Positions 1 to 7,689 of a stretch of 14,321 nt of DNA are shown one piece after another; positions within the stretch are counted from its first letter, which is position 1, and every line of letters begins with the position of its first letter. This DNA comes from Candidatus Muiribacteriota bacterium. Its GTDB lineage: Bacteria; Muiribacteriota; Muiribacteriia; Muiribacteriales; Muiribacteriaceae. The notes beneath the pieces are model-generated. The model worked only from the letters and a program-made list of their open reading frames with translations. It was not told the DNA's origin and did no database searches. The stretch spans positions 1-14,321 of the forward strand of contig JBNJGP010000071.1 in the NCBI GenBank assembly GCA_051747805.1. The letters run 5' to 3'. A program made the position numbers and the translations under genes.

Positions 1-60
1 GATGATAATCGACTTTACTCGACCATTAGTCGTTTACTGTTGACTTTAGTCAACTTAACT
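1..60 (+). repeat. Array of short hairpins separated by TTTACT-type linkers (truncated at window start)
   Basis: GAT-GATA-ATC(GAC) 1-13; TTTACT 14-19; CGAC-CATTA-GTCG 20-32; TTTACT 33-38; GTTGAC-TTTA-GTCAAC 39-54; TTAACT 55-60. The same architecture recurs at 1971-2038. Confidence 0.7.
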
Positions 61-172
61 GTTGTTTAAGTGTCTACAGGTTAAAATTTCTATTTTTTGC
101 TAAACTCAAGCCTGTAAATATTTAAGAAGCCTTATTTCAGGGCATAAATTCTCAAGGAAACAATAAATTTAA

Positions 173-1744
173 ATGAAAAAGACTTTTTTTTTATTAATGG
201 CCATCAGCTTTCTTTTTTTATATGTGCCCGGTTTTTATTTCCCTTTTTTACAGGAAAAAGAAATTGCATTCAGTATTTTTGCAACTTTTTTATGTCTTTT
301 TTTTCTTTTAGAGAAAAGAATTTTAAATAATAAAGAAGTTATAGTTTATTTGATTATTTTATTAACTTTTTTACTTAATTTAATTTTTAATATTAATAAA
401 AATCATTTTAATATAGACGATTTTCATGAATATTATTTTTTTACATGTTCTGCTTTTATATTTTATTTATATTTTAAAAGCTATAACAATAAAAATAAAT
501 TTTTTTCTATTTTAATACTTCATAATCTACTTTTTTTTCACAAAGTACTGCTTATTTTTCAAATTAACAATATTTTTCTTTTTTTTCCTATAGAGGGAAG
601 AAAAGTTATAACCGGTACAGTAGGAGGAGTTAATCCTGCTTCTTTTCTTGCAGGAGTTTCAATTTTTTCTGGATTCTATCTTTTAAGCAAAGTGAAGTAT
701 AAAAAAATACTAAAGATAGATATTTTATTAACTATTTTACTTATTGGATATCTTGGAACAAGAAGTGTAATTCTGGGTTTATTTTGTGTTTTTCTTTTTT
801 ATATTTATAAAAATAAAAAATATTATAATCTGACAGGATTACTGGTTTTGTTTATCGGTATTTATGCGGGTTTTAGAACAACTTTATTTAATGAATCTGT
901 TATGCAGAGAATTTATATATGGTTAAATGCATTATCGCAGTTTTTAAACTATCCTTTGACCGGTACTGGTTTTGGAAATTTTAAAAATGCCTGGTTTCAT
1001 TTTCAGGGCGAGGTAATTAATGATGTTTTCATAAAATGGATTCCTCCAGATATTTATGCCATGCAGAGTCATAATGAGTTTTTACAGTTGCTTGCACAGG
1101 GCGGGGGAATTTTTATAATAGCCTTATTATTTTTTCATTTTTTCTTTAAATTGGAAAAAAAACATTCTGAATTTAAATATTTTTTGATTTTTACCCTGGT
1201 TTTTGCCTTTTTTGATTTTCCGCTTCATATGGTTTCAACTTCATTTGTAATATTGATGTTTTTTTCATTTTTTTTTCATTTAAAACTCAAATGTAAAATA
1301 AAACATAATTTGAGATTTTTATGTATTTTTTGTACTTCTTTATTATATTTATCTTTAATTGCCTCCCCCTTTTTTATAATTAAAAAAAATATTTCAGATT
1401 ATTTTTTTTCAAAATCACTGAATGTTTCGGCTCAAAGTGAACAGCTTGAGTTTTTAAAAAAATCTGTTAATTTTTATAATAATCCAAAATCCTATTTTGA
1501 ACTTGGAAATATTTTTTTTAAAAAACAGGAATATAATAGAGCTTTTGATTATTATGCAAAAACTCTTTTGTACTCTGAAAAGAGTGTAATCTGGGAGCAA
1601 ATTGGTATAATTTATGAAAAGATAAATAATTACGAGAGGGCCCTTTTTTATTTTAAGGAAGCCTATCGTAGAAATCCAGCTGCTTTAAGATTAAAATATA
1701 AAATTAAAGAATTATATGATAAAATAGATTTAGATAAAATGTGA
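173..1744 (+). CDS. O-antigen ligase-like (Wzy_C/WaaL/PglL-type) polytopic membrane protein with C-terminal TPR repeats
   Basis: Many hydrophobic segments; Wzy_C-type motifs TRSVILG, R-IYIW-NA----YPLTGTGFGNF and SHNEFLQ; C-terminal TPR pattern (YFELGNIFFKKQEYNRAFDYY, WEQIGIIYEKINNYERALFYFKEA..NP). Confidence 0.8.
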   Translation: MKKTFFLLMAISFLFLYVPGFYFPFLQEKEIAFSIFATFLCLFFLLEKRILNNKEVIVYLIILLTFLLNLIFNINKNHFNIDDFHEYYFFTCSAFIFYLYFKSYNNKNKFFSILILHNLLFFHKVLLIFQINNIFLFFPIEGRKVITGTVGGVNPASFLAGVSIFSGFYLLSKVKYKKILKIDILLTILLIGYLGTRSVILGLFCVFLFYIYKNKKYYNLTGLLVLFIGIYAGFRTTLFNESVMQRIYIWLNALSQFLNYPLTGTGFGNFKNAWFHFQGEVINDVFIKWIPPDIYAMQSHNEFLQLLAQGGGIFIIALLFFHFFFKLEKKHSEFKYFLIFTLVFAFFDFPLHMVSTSFVILMFFSFFFHLKLKCKIKHNLRFLCIFCTSLLYLSLIASPFFIIKKNISDYFFSKSLNVSAQSEQLEFLKKSVNFYNNPKSYFELGNIFFKKQEYNRAFDYYAKTLLYSEKSVIWEQIGIIYEKINNYERALFYFKEAYRRNPAALRLKYKIKELYDKIDLDKM

Positions 1745-1778
1745 TTTGAGTTAATTGGGTTGCTTGAGTTTAAAAGCA

Positions 1779-2074
1779 AAAACAGAATCAGTGAGAGGAC
1801 AATAAATTGTCCGAGAGAGTTCGTTATACTCACGAAAAGAGCAACCTGGGGGTTGCGGATAAACAAAATGAATTGTCACTCCGGCTATGTTTTGTGCCGG
1901 AGTCCAGCTTTTATGCATTTGCTAATAACGCATTGTAGAGGCTCTATTCGCAACGAAGTTGCTCTCACATTATTACTTGGTCTTTAGACCATTTACTATC
2001 ACCGTTAGGTGATTTTACTAAGCTGAAAGCCTTTTACTTTTATGTGGGCCTGACCACTCGCTTTATTTGTTTTG
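1779..2074 (+). ncRNA. Candidate structured non-coding RNA or leader element upstream of ftsY (family unknown)
   Basis: Visibly more GC-rich than its flanks. Ends pair: AAAACAG 1779-1785 with TTGTTTT 2067-2073, and AGTGAG 1790-1795 with CTCGCT 2057-2062. About ten internal stems. Several non-Watson-Crick positions in the stems are G-U on the + strand. Confidence 0.55.
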
Positions 2075-2089
2075 AAAAAGGAGAATGAA

Positions 2090-3115
2090 ATGGCAAAAAT
2101 ATGGAATATTTTTAAAAAAAAAGAAGAAGAAAAATTAAAGCAGACCGAAAAAGAAGTTAAAGATTCAGAAAAAGAAGTGCAAAATCCAGTTGAAAGCCAA
2201 GAAAATTCTTCTATGGGCTGGTTTCACAAGTTAAAAAAAAGGCTTTCAAAAACAAGAGAAAATTTCACTTATAATATAAGAAAAATACTTAACTTCAGTA
2301 ATCTGGACGAGGAAGCTTTTGAAGAGCTGGAAGAACTTTTTATAAAAAGTGATTTAGGTTATGAGCTTTCGCTTGAGTTTATTCAAAAAATCGAAAGAAA
2401 AGCAACACTTGGTGAAGTAAAAAACTCAGATGATGTTATTTCAATGTTAAAAAATGAGTTTTTAGAAGTTTTTAATAAAGTAAAAAATACAGAAGAAGAA
2501 GTTTACCCAAAAATATTGCTGGTAGTTGGGGTGAATGGTGTTGGTAAAACAACCACAATTGGTAAAATCGCATATAATGCTGAAAAAAATAATAAAAATA
2601 CTCTGCTTGTGGCTGGAGATACTTTCAGGGCGGCGGCTATCGAGCAGCTTGAAATTTGGTCTCAGAGAAGCAAGTCTTCTATAATTAAACATAAGGAAGG
2701 GTCTGATTCTGCCTCGGTAGTTTATGACGGAGTGGTATCCGGTCTTTCAAATAAAAAGGATTTAATTATTGTAGATACTGCGGGTAGATTACATAATAAA
2801 GAAAATTTAATGAAAGAACTCCAAAAAATAAAAAAAGTTATAAAAAAAACTGCGGGTAAAATACCAACAGAAGTACTTCTTGTTATAGACGCAACTGGAG
2901 GACAAAATAGTTTAATACAGGCAAGAGTTTTTAGTCAGGCAGCAGATGTGGATGGAATTGTTCTGACAAAAATGGACGGAACGGCCAGGGGAGGAATTAT
3001 TCTACCAATTGTAAAGGAATTGAAAGTACCGGTTAAATATATTGGTATAGGCGAAGGGATTGATGATTTAAAAGAGTTTAAAGCTGAAGAATTTACGTCG
3101 GCACTTTTAGATTAA
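2090..3115 (+). CDS. ftsY: Signal recognition particle receptor FtsY
   Basis: SRP GTPase motifs GVNGVGKTTT, DTFRAAA, DTAGR, TKMDGTARGG, GIGEGIDDL; charged N-terminal region. Start placed at ATG 2090 (RBS AAGGAG 2078-2083) rather than TTG 2072. Confidence 0.96.
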   Translation: MAKIWNIFKKKEEEKLKQTEKEVKDSEKEVQNPVESQENSSMGWFHKLKKRLSKTRENFTYNIRKILNFSNLDEEAFEELEELFIKSDLGYELSLEFIQKIERKATLGEVKNSDDVISMLKNEFLEVFNKVKNTEEEVYPKILLVVGVNGVGKTTTIGKIAYNAEKNNKNTLLVAGDTFRAAAIEQLEIWSQRSKSSIIKHKEGSDSASVVYDGVVSGLSNKKDLIIVDTAGRLHNKENLMKELQKIKKVIKKTAGKIPTEVLLVIDATGGQNSLIQARVFSQAADVDGIVLTKMDGTARGGIILPIVKELKVPVKYIGIGEGIDDLKEFKAEEFTSALLD

Positions 3116-3129
3116 AATATGGAGGAAAT

Positions 3130-4143
3130 ATGAAAAAAATTCTAATATTGCTGGTCTGTTTTGTTTTTATAATTAATATAAGTTCAAAACAGCTCAGTAA
3201 AAACACTTTTTTTTCTTCAAGAGAAATTACTGATAACTATGTTACTTCATTCTGCGTGGATGGGAGTTATTTATGGATAGGAACATATAATGGGTTAAAT
3301 CTATATTCCAACGGACAGATAATTAAAAAATTATATTCTGATTATGATAGAATAACGACAAATGAGATTAAAAGAGTTTCGGGAAATTCTTTTATTGTTG
3401 ATAACCGGATTAATGATATGGTTTGTATTAGTAATAAACTTTATGTTGCTACTGAAGGAGGTTTAAGCATTTATGAGCCTGGAGAAAATGTCTGGAGTTC
3501 AATTGATACCTCTAATTCGATATTAGAAAGTAATTATATTGAAACACTTGCAGTTGAGGGAAGTCATCTTTGGATAGGAACTTTTGATTCAGGTTTGTAT
3601 GTATGGGATACAAATTCTGGAAACTGGGATAAAATAACAGGAAGAGGACAGGAAGGTGATTTTTATGGAGAATTTTCTGCCGACCATATAACCTCCTTAA
3701 AAAGTGTGTCGCAAAAAAATATTATTGTTGCAGGCACTTTAAAAAACGGAGTTTATATTTATGAAAACGGAAGATGGCGTAACATAACGACAAAATTTCC
3801 TTCCAACTCATTTCTACCAACTGATAGAATATTGAGCACGGACTACTTTGAGGGAGTCTTTTATTTTGGTACCAACAGAGGCATTGTTACATATGACGGG
3901 AGCAGTTTTAAGCTTTACAATAAAAGAGACGGAATTGATTATCCTGTGATTTTAACAGTTGCACATGATGATGAAAACGTTTACTTTGGAACAGGCAGAG
4001 GATTATATAAATTCGCTGGTACTCCAGAAAGACCTGTGGCTGTAGAGGGTGGAAATGGCTACCGTATAAGAGATATAGCTTTTTTTGAAAATGAAATTTT
4101 TATTGCAACACAAAATAATGGCGTTATAACTGTTGACAAATAA
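3130..4143 (+). CDS. Secreted beta-propeller protein (two-component-regulator propeller-like repeats)
   Basis: Signal peptide MKKILILLVCFVFIINISS; repeated blades LWIGTYNGL, LYVATEGGL, LWIGTFDSGL, IVAGTLKNGV, FYFGTNRGI, VYFGTGRGL, IFIATQNNGV; RBS GGAGG upstream. Confidence 0.75.
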   Translation: MKKILILLVCFVFIINISSKQLSKNTFFSSREITDNYVTSFCVDGSYLWIGTYNGLNLYSNGQIIKKLYSDYDRITTNEIKRVSGNSFIVDNRINDMVCISNKLYVATEGGLSIYEPGENVWSSIDTSNSILESNYIETLAVEGSHLWIGTFDSGLYVWDTNSGNWDKITGRGQEGDFYGEFSADHITSLKSVSQKNIIVAGTLKNGVYIYENGRWRNITTKFPSNSFLPTDRILSTDYFEGVFYFGTNRGIVTYDGSSFKLYNKRDGIDYPVILTVAHDDENVYFGTGRGLYKFAGTPERPVAVEGGNGYRIRDIAFFENEIFIATQNNGVITVDK

Positions 4144-4161
4144 TGAATTTTGTTTTATATT
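4133..4161 (+). promoter_or_regulatory. Sigma70-type promoter for the ffh cluster
   Basis: TTGACA 4133-4138, 17-nt spacer, TATATT 4156-4161, about 30 nt before the ffh ATG. Confidence 0.65.
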
Positions 4162-4190
4162 TGTTAAACTAAAAATTAGGATTTTTAATT

Positions 4191-5513
4191 ATGTTTCAGA
4201 ATTTAGGTGACAGATTAAATAGCATATTTGACAAGTTGAAAGGTCGAGGGAAACTTACCGAAAAAGACCTTAATGTTTCATTACGTGAAATTAAACTTGC
4301 TCTTCTTGAATCAGATGTTAATTTTAAAGTTGTAAAAGATTTCATCAAATCTGTAAAAGAGAAGGCTCTTGGAACTGAGATTCTTAAAAGTCTTACGCCT
4401 GGTCATCAGGTAGTGAAGGTTGTACATGAAGAATTAATAGAAATACTTGGTTCAAAAAATGAAAAATTAAATTTTAACTCCAATAGGATGACCAGAATTA
4501 TGCTGGTCGGACTTCAGGGCTCTGGTAAAACTACAAGCTGTGCAAAACTTGCCTATAACCTTAAGGGGCAGAATAAAAAAGTTATGCTTGTGGCTGGTGA
4601 TATATATCGTCCGGCTGCAATAAATCAGCTTAAGGTTCTTGGAAAAAGCATTGATGTTGAAGTTTTTGATATGGGCGATAAAGAAAAGCCTCAGGATATA
4701 GTTAAGGCAGCCGAGGAATATGCCCGCCCGAAAGGTATAGAAGTATTGATTGTTGATACGGCAGGCAGACTTCATATTGATGAAGAACTTATGCTTGAGC
4801 TTAAAAACATAAAATCCACGACAGAGATGGATGAATGTCTTCTGACAGTTGATGCTATGACAGGGCAGGATGCGGTTAATGTGGCCCAGAAGTTTAATGA
4901 TGAAATTGGCTTAACAGGACTTGTATTGACAAAGCTTGATGGCGATGCACGTGGAGGAGCAATTCTGTCAGTTAAAAAAGTAACTGGACAGCCGGTTAAA
5001 CTGGTGGGTGTTGGAGAAAAAATAAATCAGCTTGAAACTTTCCATCCTGACAGAATGGCTGGTCGAATTCTAGGTATGGGTGATGTGCTTAGTCTTGTTG
5101 AAAAAGCCCAGAAAAATTTTGATGAGGAAGAGGCTAAGAAACTAGAGAAGAAGCTGAAAAAAGCCCAGTTTACTTTTGAGGATTTTTATAAACAGCTTCA
5201 GCAAATTAAAAAAATGGGTTCTATAGGTGACATTTTAAAAATGTTACCAGGGGCCTCCAAGATGAAAAATGTTGAAGTGGATGAAAATGAGCTTGTTGTT
5301 GTGGAGGCTATAATAAACTCAATGACAAAGGAAGAGAAAATCAGACCTTCAATTATAGGGGCCTCCCGTAAAAAAAGAATAGCACATGGCAGCGGCACAA
5401 AAGTTTCTCAGGTTAACAGGCTTTTAAAGCAGTTTGAAGATATGAAAAAAATGATGAAAAATATGGGTAAAATGGAAAAAATGTTTGGCAAAATGTCAGG
5501 CATGCCTTTTTAA
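4191..5513 (+). CDS. ffh: Signal recognition particle protein Ffh
   Basis: GLQGSGKTT, DIYRPAA, DTAGR, TKLDGDARGGA, FHPDRMAGRILGMGD; Met-rich M domain with SRKKRIAHGSG. Confidence 0.98.
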   Translation: MFQNLGDRLNSIFDKLKGRGKLTEKDLNVSLREIKLALLESDVNFKVVKDFIKSVKEKALGTEILKSLTPGHQVVKVVHEELIEILGSKNEKLNFNSNRMTRIMLVGLQGSGKTTSCAKLAYNLKGQNKKVMLVAGDIYRPAAINQLKVLGKSIDVEVFDMGDKEKPQDIVKAAEEYARPKGIEVLIVDTAGRLHIDEELMLELKNIKSTTEMDECLLTVDAMTGQDAVNVAQKFNDEIGLTGLVLTKLDGDARGGAILSVKKVTGQPVKLVGVGEKINQLETFHPDRMAGRILGMGDVLSLVEKAQKNFDEEEAKKLEKKLKKAQFTFEDFYKQLQQIKKMGSIGDILKMLPGASKMKNVEVDENELVVVEAIINSMTKEEKIRPSIIGASRKKRIAHGSGTKVSQVNRLLKQFEDMKKMMKNMGKMEKMFGKMSGMPF

Positions 5514-5528
5514 TAAACAGGAGGAAAT

Positions 5529-5801
5529 ATGGCGGTAAAAATTAGACTTAAAAGATTTGGAACAAAGAAGCAACCTCATTATCGAATTGTTGTTGCAGAT
5601 GGAAGAACCTCAAGAGACGGTAAGGTGATTAAAGAACTGGGGATTTATAAACCCCTGACTGAACCTGCTGTTGTAGAATTTGATGAAGAAGCAGCTGTTG
5701 ACTATCTCAGGAAAGGAGCACAACCTAGTCATACAGTAAAACATCTTTTTCAGAAACATGGTATTTTAGAAAAAATACATAATATGAAACACAAGAAATA
5801 A
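5529..5801 (+). CDS. rpsP: 30S ribosomal protein S16
   Basis: [33 protein letters not shown]; canonical position after ffh. Confidence 0.98.
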   Translation: MAVKIRLKRFGTKKQPHYRIVVADGRTSRDGKVIKELGIYKPLTEPAVVEFDEEAAVDYLRKGAQPSHTVKHLFQKHGILEKIHNMKHKK

Positions 5802-5828
5802 AATAATTAATTTCTCTGGAGGATTATA

Positions 5829-6059
5829 ATGCAGGAATTATTGAAGTATATGATTGAAGCTGTAGTTGATGATAAAGAAGGAATTAAGATTAAAGAAATT
5901 GACGGTGAAAAAACTACTATTTATGAAGTTAAAGTTGCCGAGGAAGATGTTGGGAAATTAATTGGCAAAAAAGGTAGAACCATCAACGCGATTAGAACAA
6001 TAACTAAAGCAGCAACAACTAAAGATAATAAAAAGGTTATGGTTGAGGTTCTTCAATAA
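5829..6059 (+). CDS. khpA: KH-domain RNA-binding protein KhpA (YlqC)
   Basis: 76 aa; DVGKLIGKKGRTINAIRTI (KH GxxG loop); conserved position after rpsP. Confidence 0.92.
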   Translation: MQELLKYMIEAVVDDKEGIKIKEIDGEKTTIYEVKVAEEDVGKLIGKKGRTINAIRTITKAATTKDNKKVMVEVLQ

Positions 6060-6076
6060 AAATTGAAGGAGTTTTT

Positions 6077-6460
6077 ATGAGTGTTGTAATTAACAGAAAG
6101 ATAAGTGTTAAATCAATTGTAACACCTGAATTGAAGGAAGAGCTTGGGAAGCAGATAAAAGACGCCGAAAAACAGCTTAATACAACTATGAACTCTTTAA
6201 ACGAGAGAGTTAAACAGGTTGGTGACAATCAGAATTTAATTAGTCAGATTCAGGGAGAAATGCATAAAGTTAAAATTCAGCTTTCTGAAATGAATAAAAA
6301 GAAGTCTGAAATAGAAAGTTTAGATTTTGGTAAAGAGTTTTATCAGGGAAATCTTGAATCTCCAATTGAAGTAGCTCTTGGCGATAATCTTTTTCAAAAA
6401 ATTTCTAATGGGGAAATAATTGTAAATAATGGCGAGGTTGTTGAATTTAGAAACTTATGA
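6077..6460 (+). CDS. ylqD: YlqD-family protein
   Basis: N-terminal INRKISVKSIVTPELKEEL, central coiled coil, C-terminal QGNLES-IEV-LGDN...EIIVNNGEVVEFR; lies between khpA and rimM as in Bacillus. Confidence 0.8.
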   Translation: MSVVINRKISVKSIVTPELKEELGKQIKDAEKQLNTTMNSLNERVKQVGDNQNLISQIQGEMHKVKIQLSEMNKKKSEIESLDFGKEFYQGNLESPIEVALGDNLFQKISNGEIIVNNGEVVEFRNL

Positions 6461-6980
6461 AGAGTTAAATAAAGATTTTGTTCAAATTGGATTTGTATCA
6501 AAAACTTTTGGATTAAAAGGGGGACTCAGGATTTTTATATATCCTGAGTTCTTTTATTTATTTGAAAACAAAGTTGAATTTTTATATGTAAAAAAAAACA
6601 GGCTTGAAGTAAATAGTTTTTCAGTTAAATCATATAAACATATCAAAATTTTTTTTGAAAATATAAATACTCTAAATGAGGCGCAAAAACTAATAAATAA
6701 TTCTATTTATTTAAAAAAAGAAGAACTTTTTTCAGAATTGAAAGATTCAGATAATGATATAAAGGGCACTTACACTATTGAAGAGTTAAAAGGGTTTAAA
6801 GTTATCAACCAACTAAATAAAGTTCAGGGAACTGTAGAAAGCTTTTATTCAAACAGGTTCTGTTCTTATATTGTACTGAATAATGAAGAGCTTATTCCGT
6901 TTATAAAAGAGCATATTAAGGAAGTTAATCTAAAAGAGAAAATAATAAATATATACTGGCAAAAAGATGAAGAATATTAA
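6429..6980 (+). CDS. rimM: 16S rRNA processing protein RimM
   Basis: VQIGFVSKTFGLKGGLRI, INTLNEAQKL, ELKGFKV, LIPFIKEHIKEVNLKEKIINI; synteny with trmD. Start codon uncertain. Confidence 0.88.
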   Translation: MARLLNLETYEELNKDFVQIGFVSKTFGLKGGLRIFIYPEFFYLFENKVEFLYVKKNRLEVNSFSVKSYKHIKIFFENINTLNEAQKLINNSIYLKKEELFSELKDSDNDIKGTYTIEELKGFKVINQLNKVQGTVESFYSNRFCSYIVLNNEELIPFIKEHIKEVNLKEKIINIYWQKDEEY

Positions 6981-7689
6981 TTTTGTAACTCTTTTTCCGG
7001 AAATAATCAATGATTATCTAAAACATGCAATGATAGGAAGATATATAAAAAAATCTGAAGTGCAAATTAATATAATTAACATAAGGGATTTTGGTAATGG
7101 AAGTTACAGACAGGTAGATGATTACTGTTATGGAACAGGAAAAAGTGTTTTATTAAAAATTGATGTTATTATGAATGCAGTTAATTCAATAAAAAAACCT
7201 GGTCTCAAGCTGTTAATGTCTCCCGGCGGAAAAAAATTCAATAATAAAATGGCAAGACAATTTTCAAAAAAAGATTCACTAACTTTTATATGTGGAAGAT
7301 ATGAGGGAATAGATAATCGATTAAACACTTATATTGATGATGAAGTTTCAGTTGGGGACTTTATTTTAAATGGTGGCGAGCTTGCGGCCCTTACAGTTTT
7401 TGAATGTATGAGCCGTTTTTTCCCGGGTTTTACCAAAAAAGAAAATGTAGAAAAAGATTCATTTGAAAACGGTTTAATAGAGGCTTCTAAGTATACCCGA
7501 CCTTTTAATTATTATAATAATAAAGTGCCGGCAGTTTTAAAAAAAGGGAATCATTCTGATATAAAATCTTTTTTAAAAAAAGAGTCTTTAAAAAAAACAA
7601 TAAAAAAAAGACCTGAGGTTTTTAAAAAATATAAATTAAATAAAGACGAAATAATTTTTTTGATGGAGCATTTTAATGAAAAACGTTAA
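6967..7689 (+). CDS. trmD: tRNA (guanine37-N1)-methyltransferase TrmD
   Basis: VTLFPE, NIRDF, LMSPGG, CGRYEGID, SVGDFILNGGELAA, DSF, YTRP, GNH. Confidence 0.95.
   Translation: MKNINFVTLFPEIINDYLKHAMIGRYIKKSEVQINIINIRDFGNGSYRQVDDYCYGTGKSVLLKIDVIMNAVNSIKKPGLKLLMSPGGKKFNNKMARQFSKKDSLTFICGRYEGIDNRLNTYIDDEVSVGDFILNGGELAALTVFECMSRFFPGFTKKENVEKDSFENGLIEASKYTRPFNYYNNKVPAVLKKGNHSDIKSFLKKESLKKTIKKRPEVFKKYKLNKDEIIFLMEHFNEKR

Noticed and set aside
1760..1779. Terminator for the ligase-like gene (TTGCTT...AAGCAA)
   Set aside because: Weak stem not followed by a T-tract on either strand.
1785..1860. T-box leader or glycine riboswitch (GAGAGAG...CACGAAAAGAGCAA)
   Set aside because: No TGGNACC T-box or terminator, no CTCTCAGG glycine-aptamer core, and the downstream gene does not fit.
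1760..1987. 75-aa ORF on the + strand
   Set aside because: TTG start, no clear RBS, no recognisable protein features; coincides with the stem-rich element.
1971..2038. CRISPR array or CsrB-type RNA
   Set aside because: The repeat is only 6 nt with self-complementary 13-16 nt units; no cas genes; loops lack GGA.
1779..2074. SRP RNA (ffs), suggested by the ftsY/ffh neighbourhood and GTCAGG on the - strand
   Set aside because: No helix-8 signature (CAGG..GNRA..AGCAG) on either strand.
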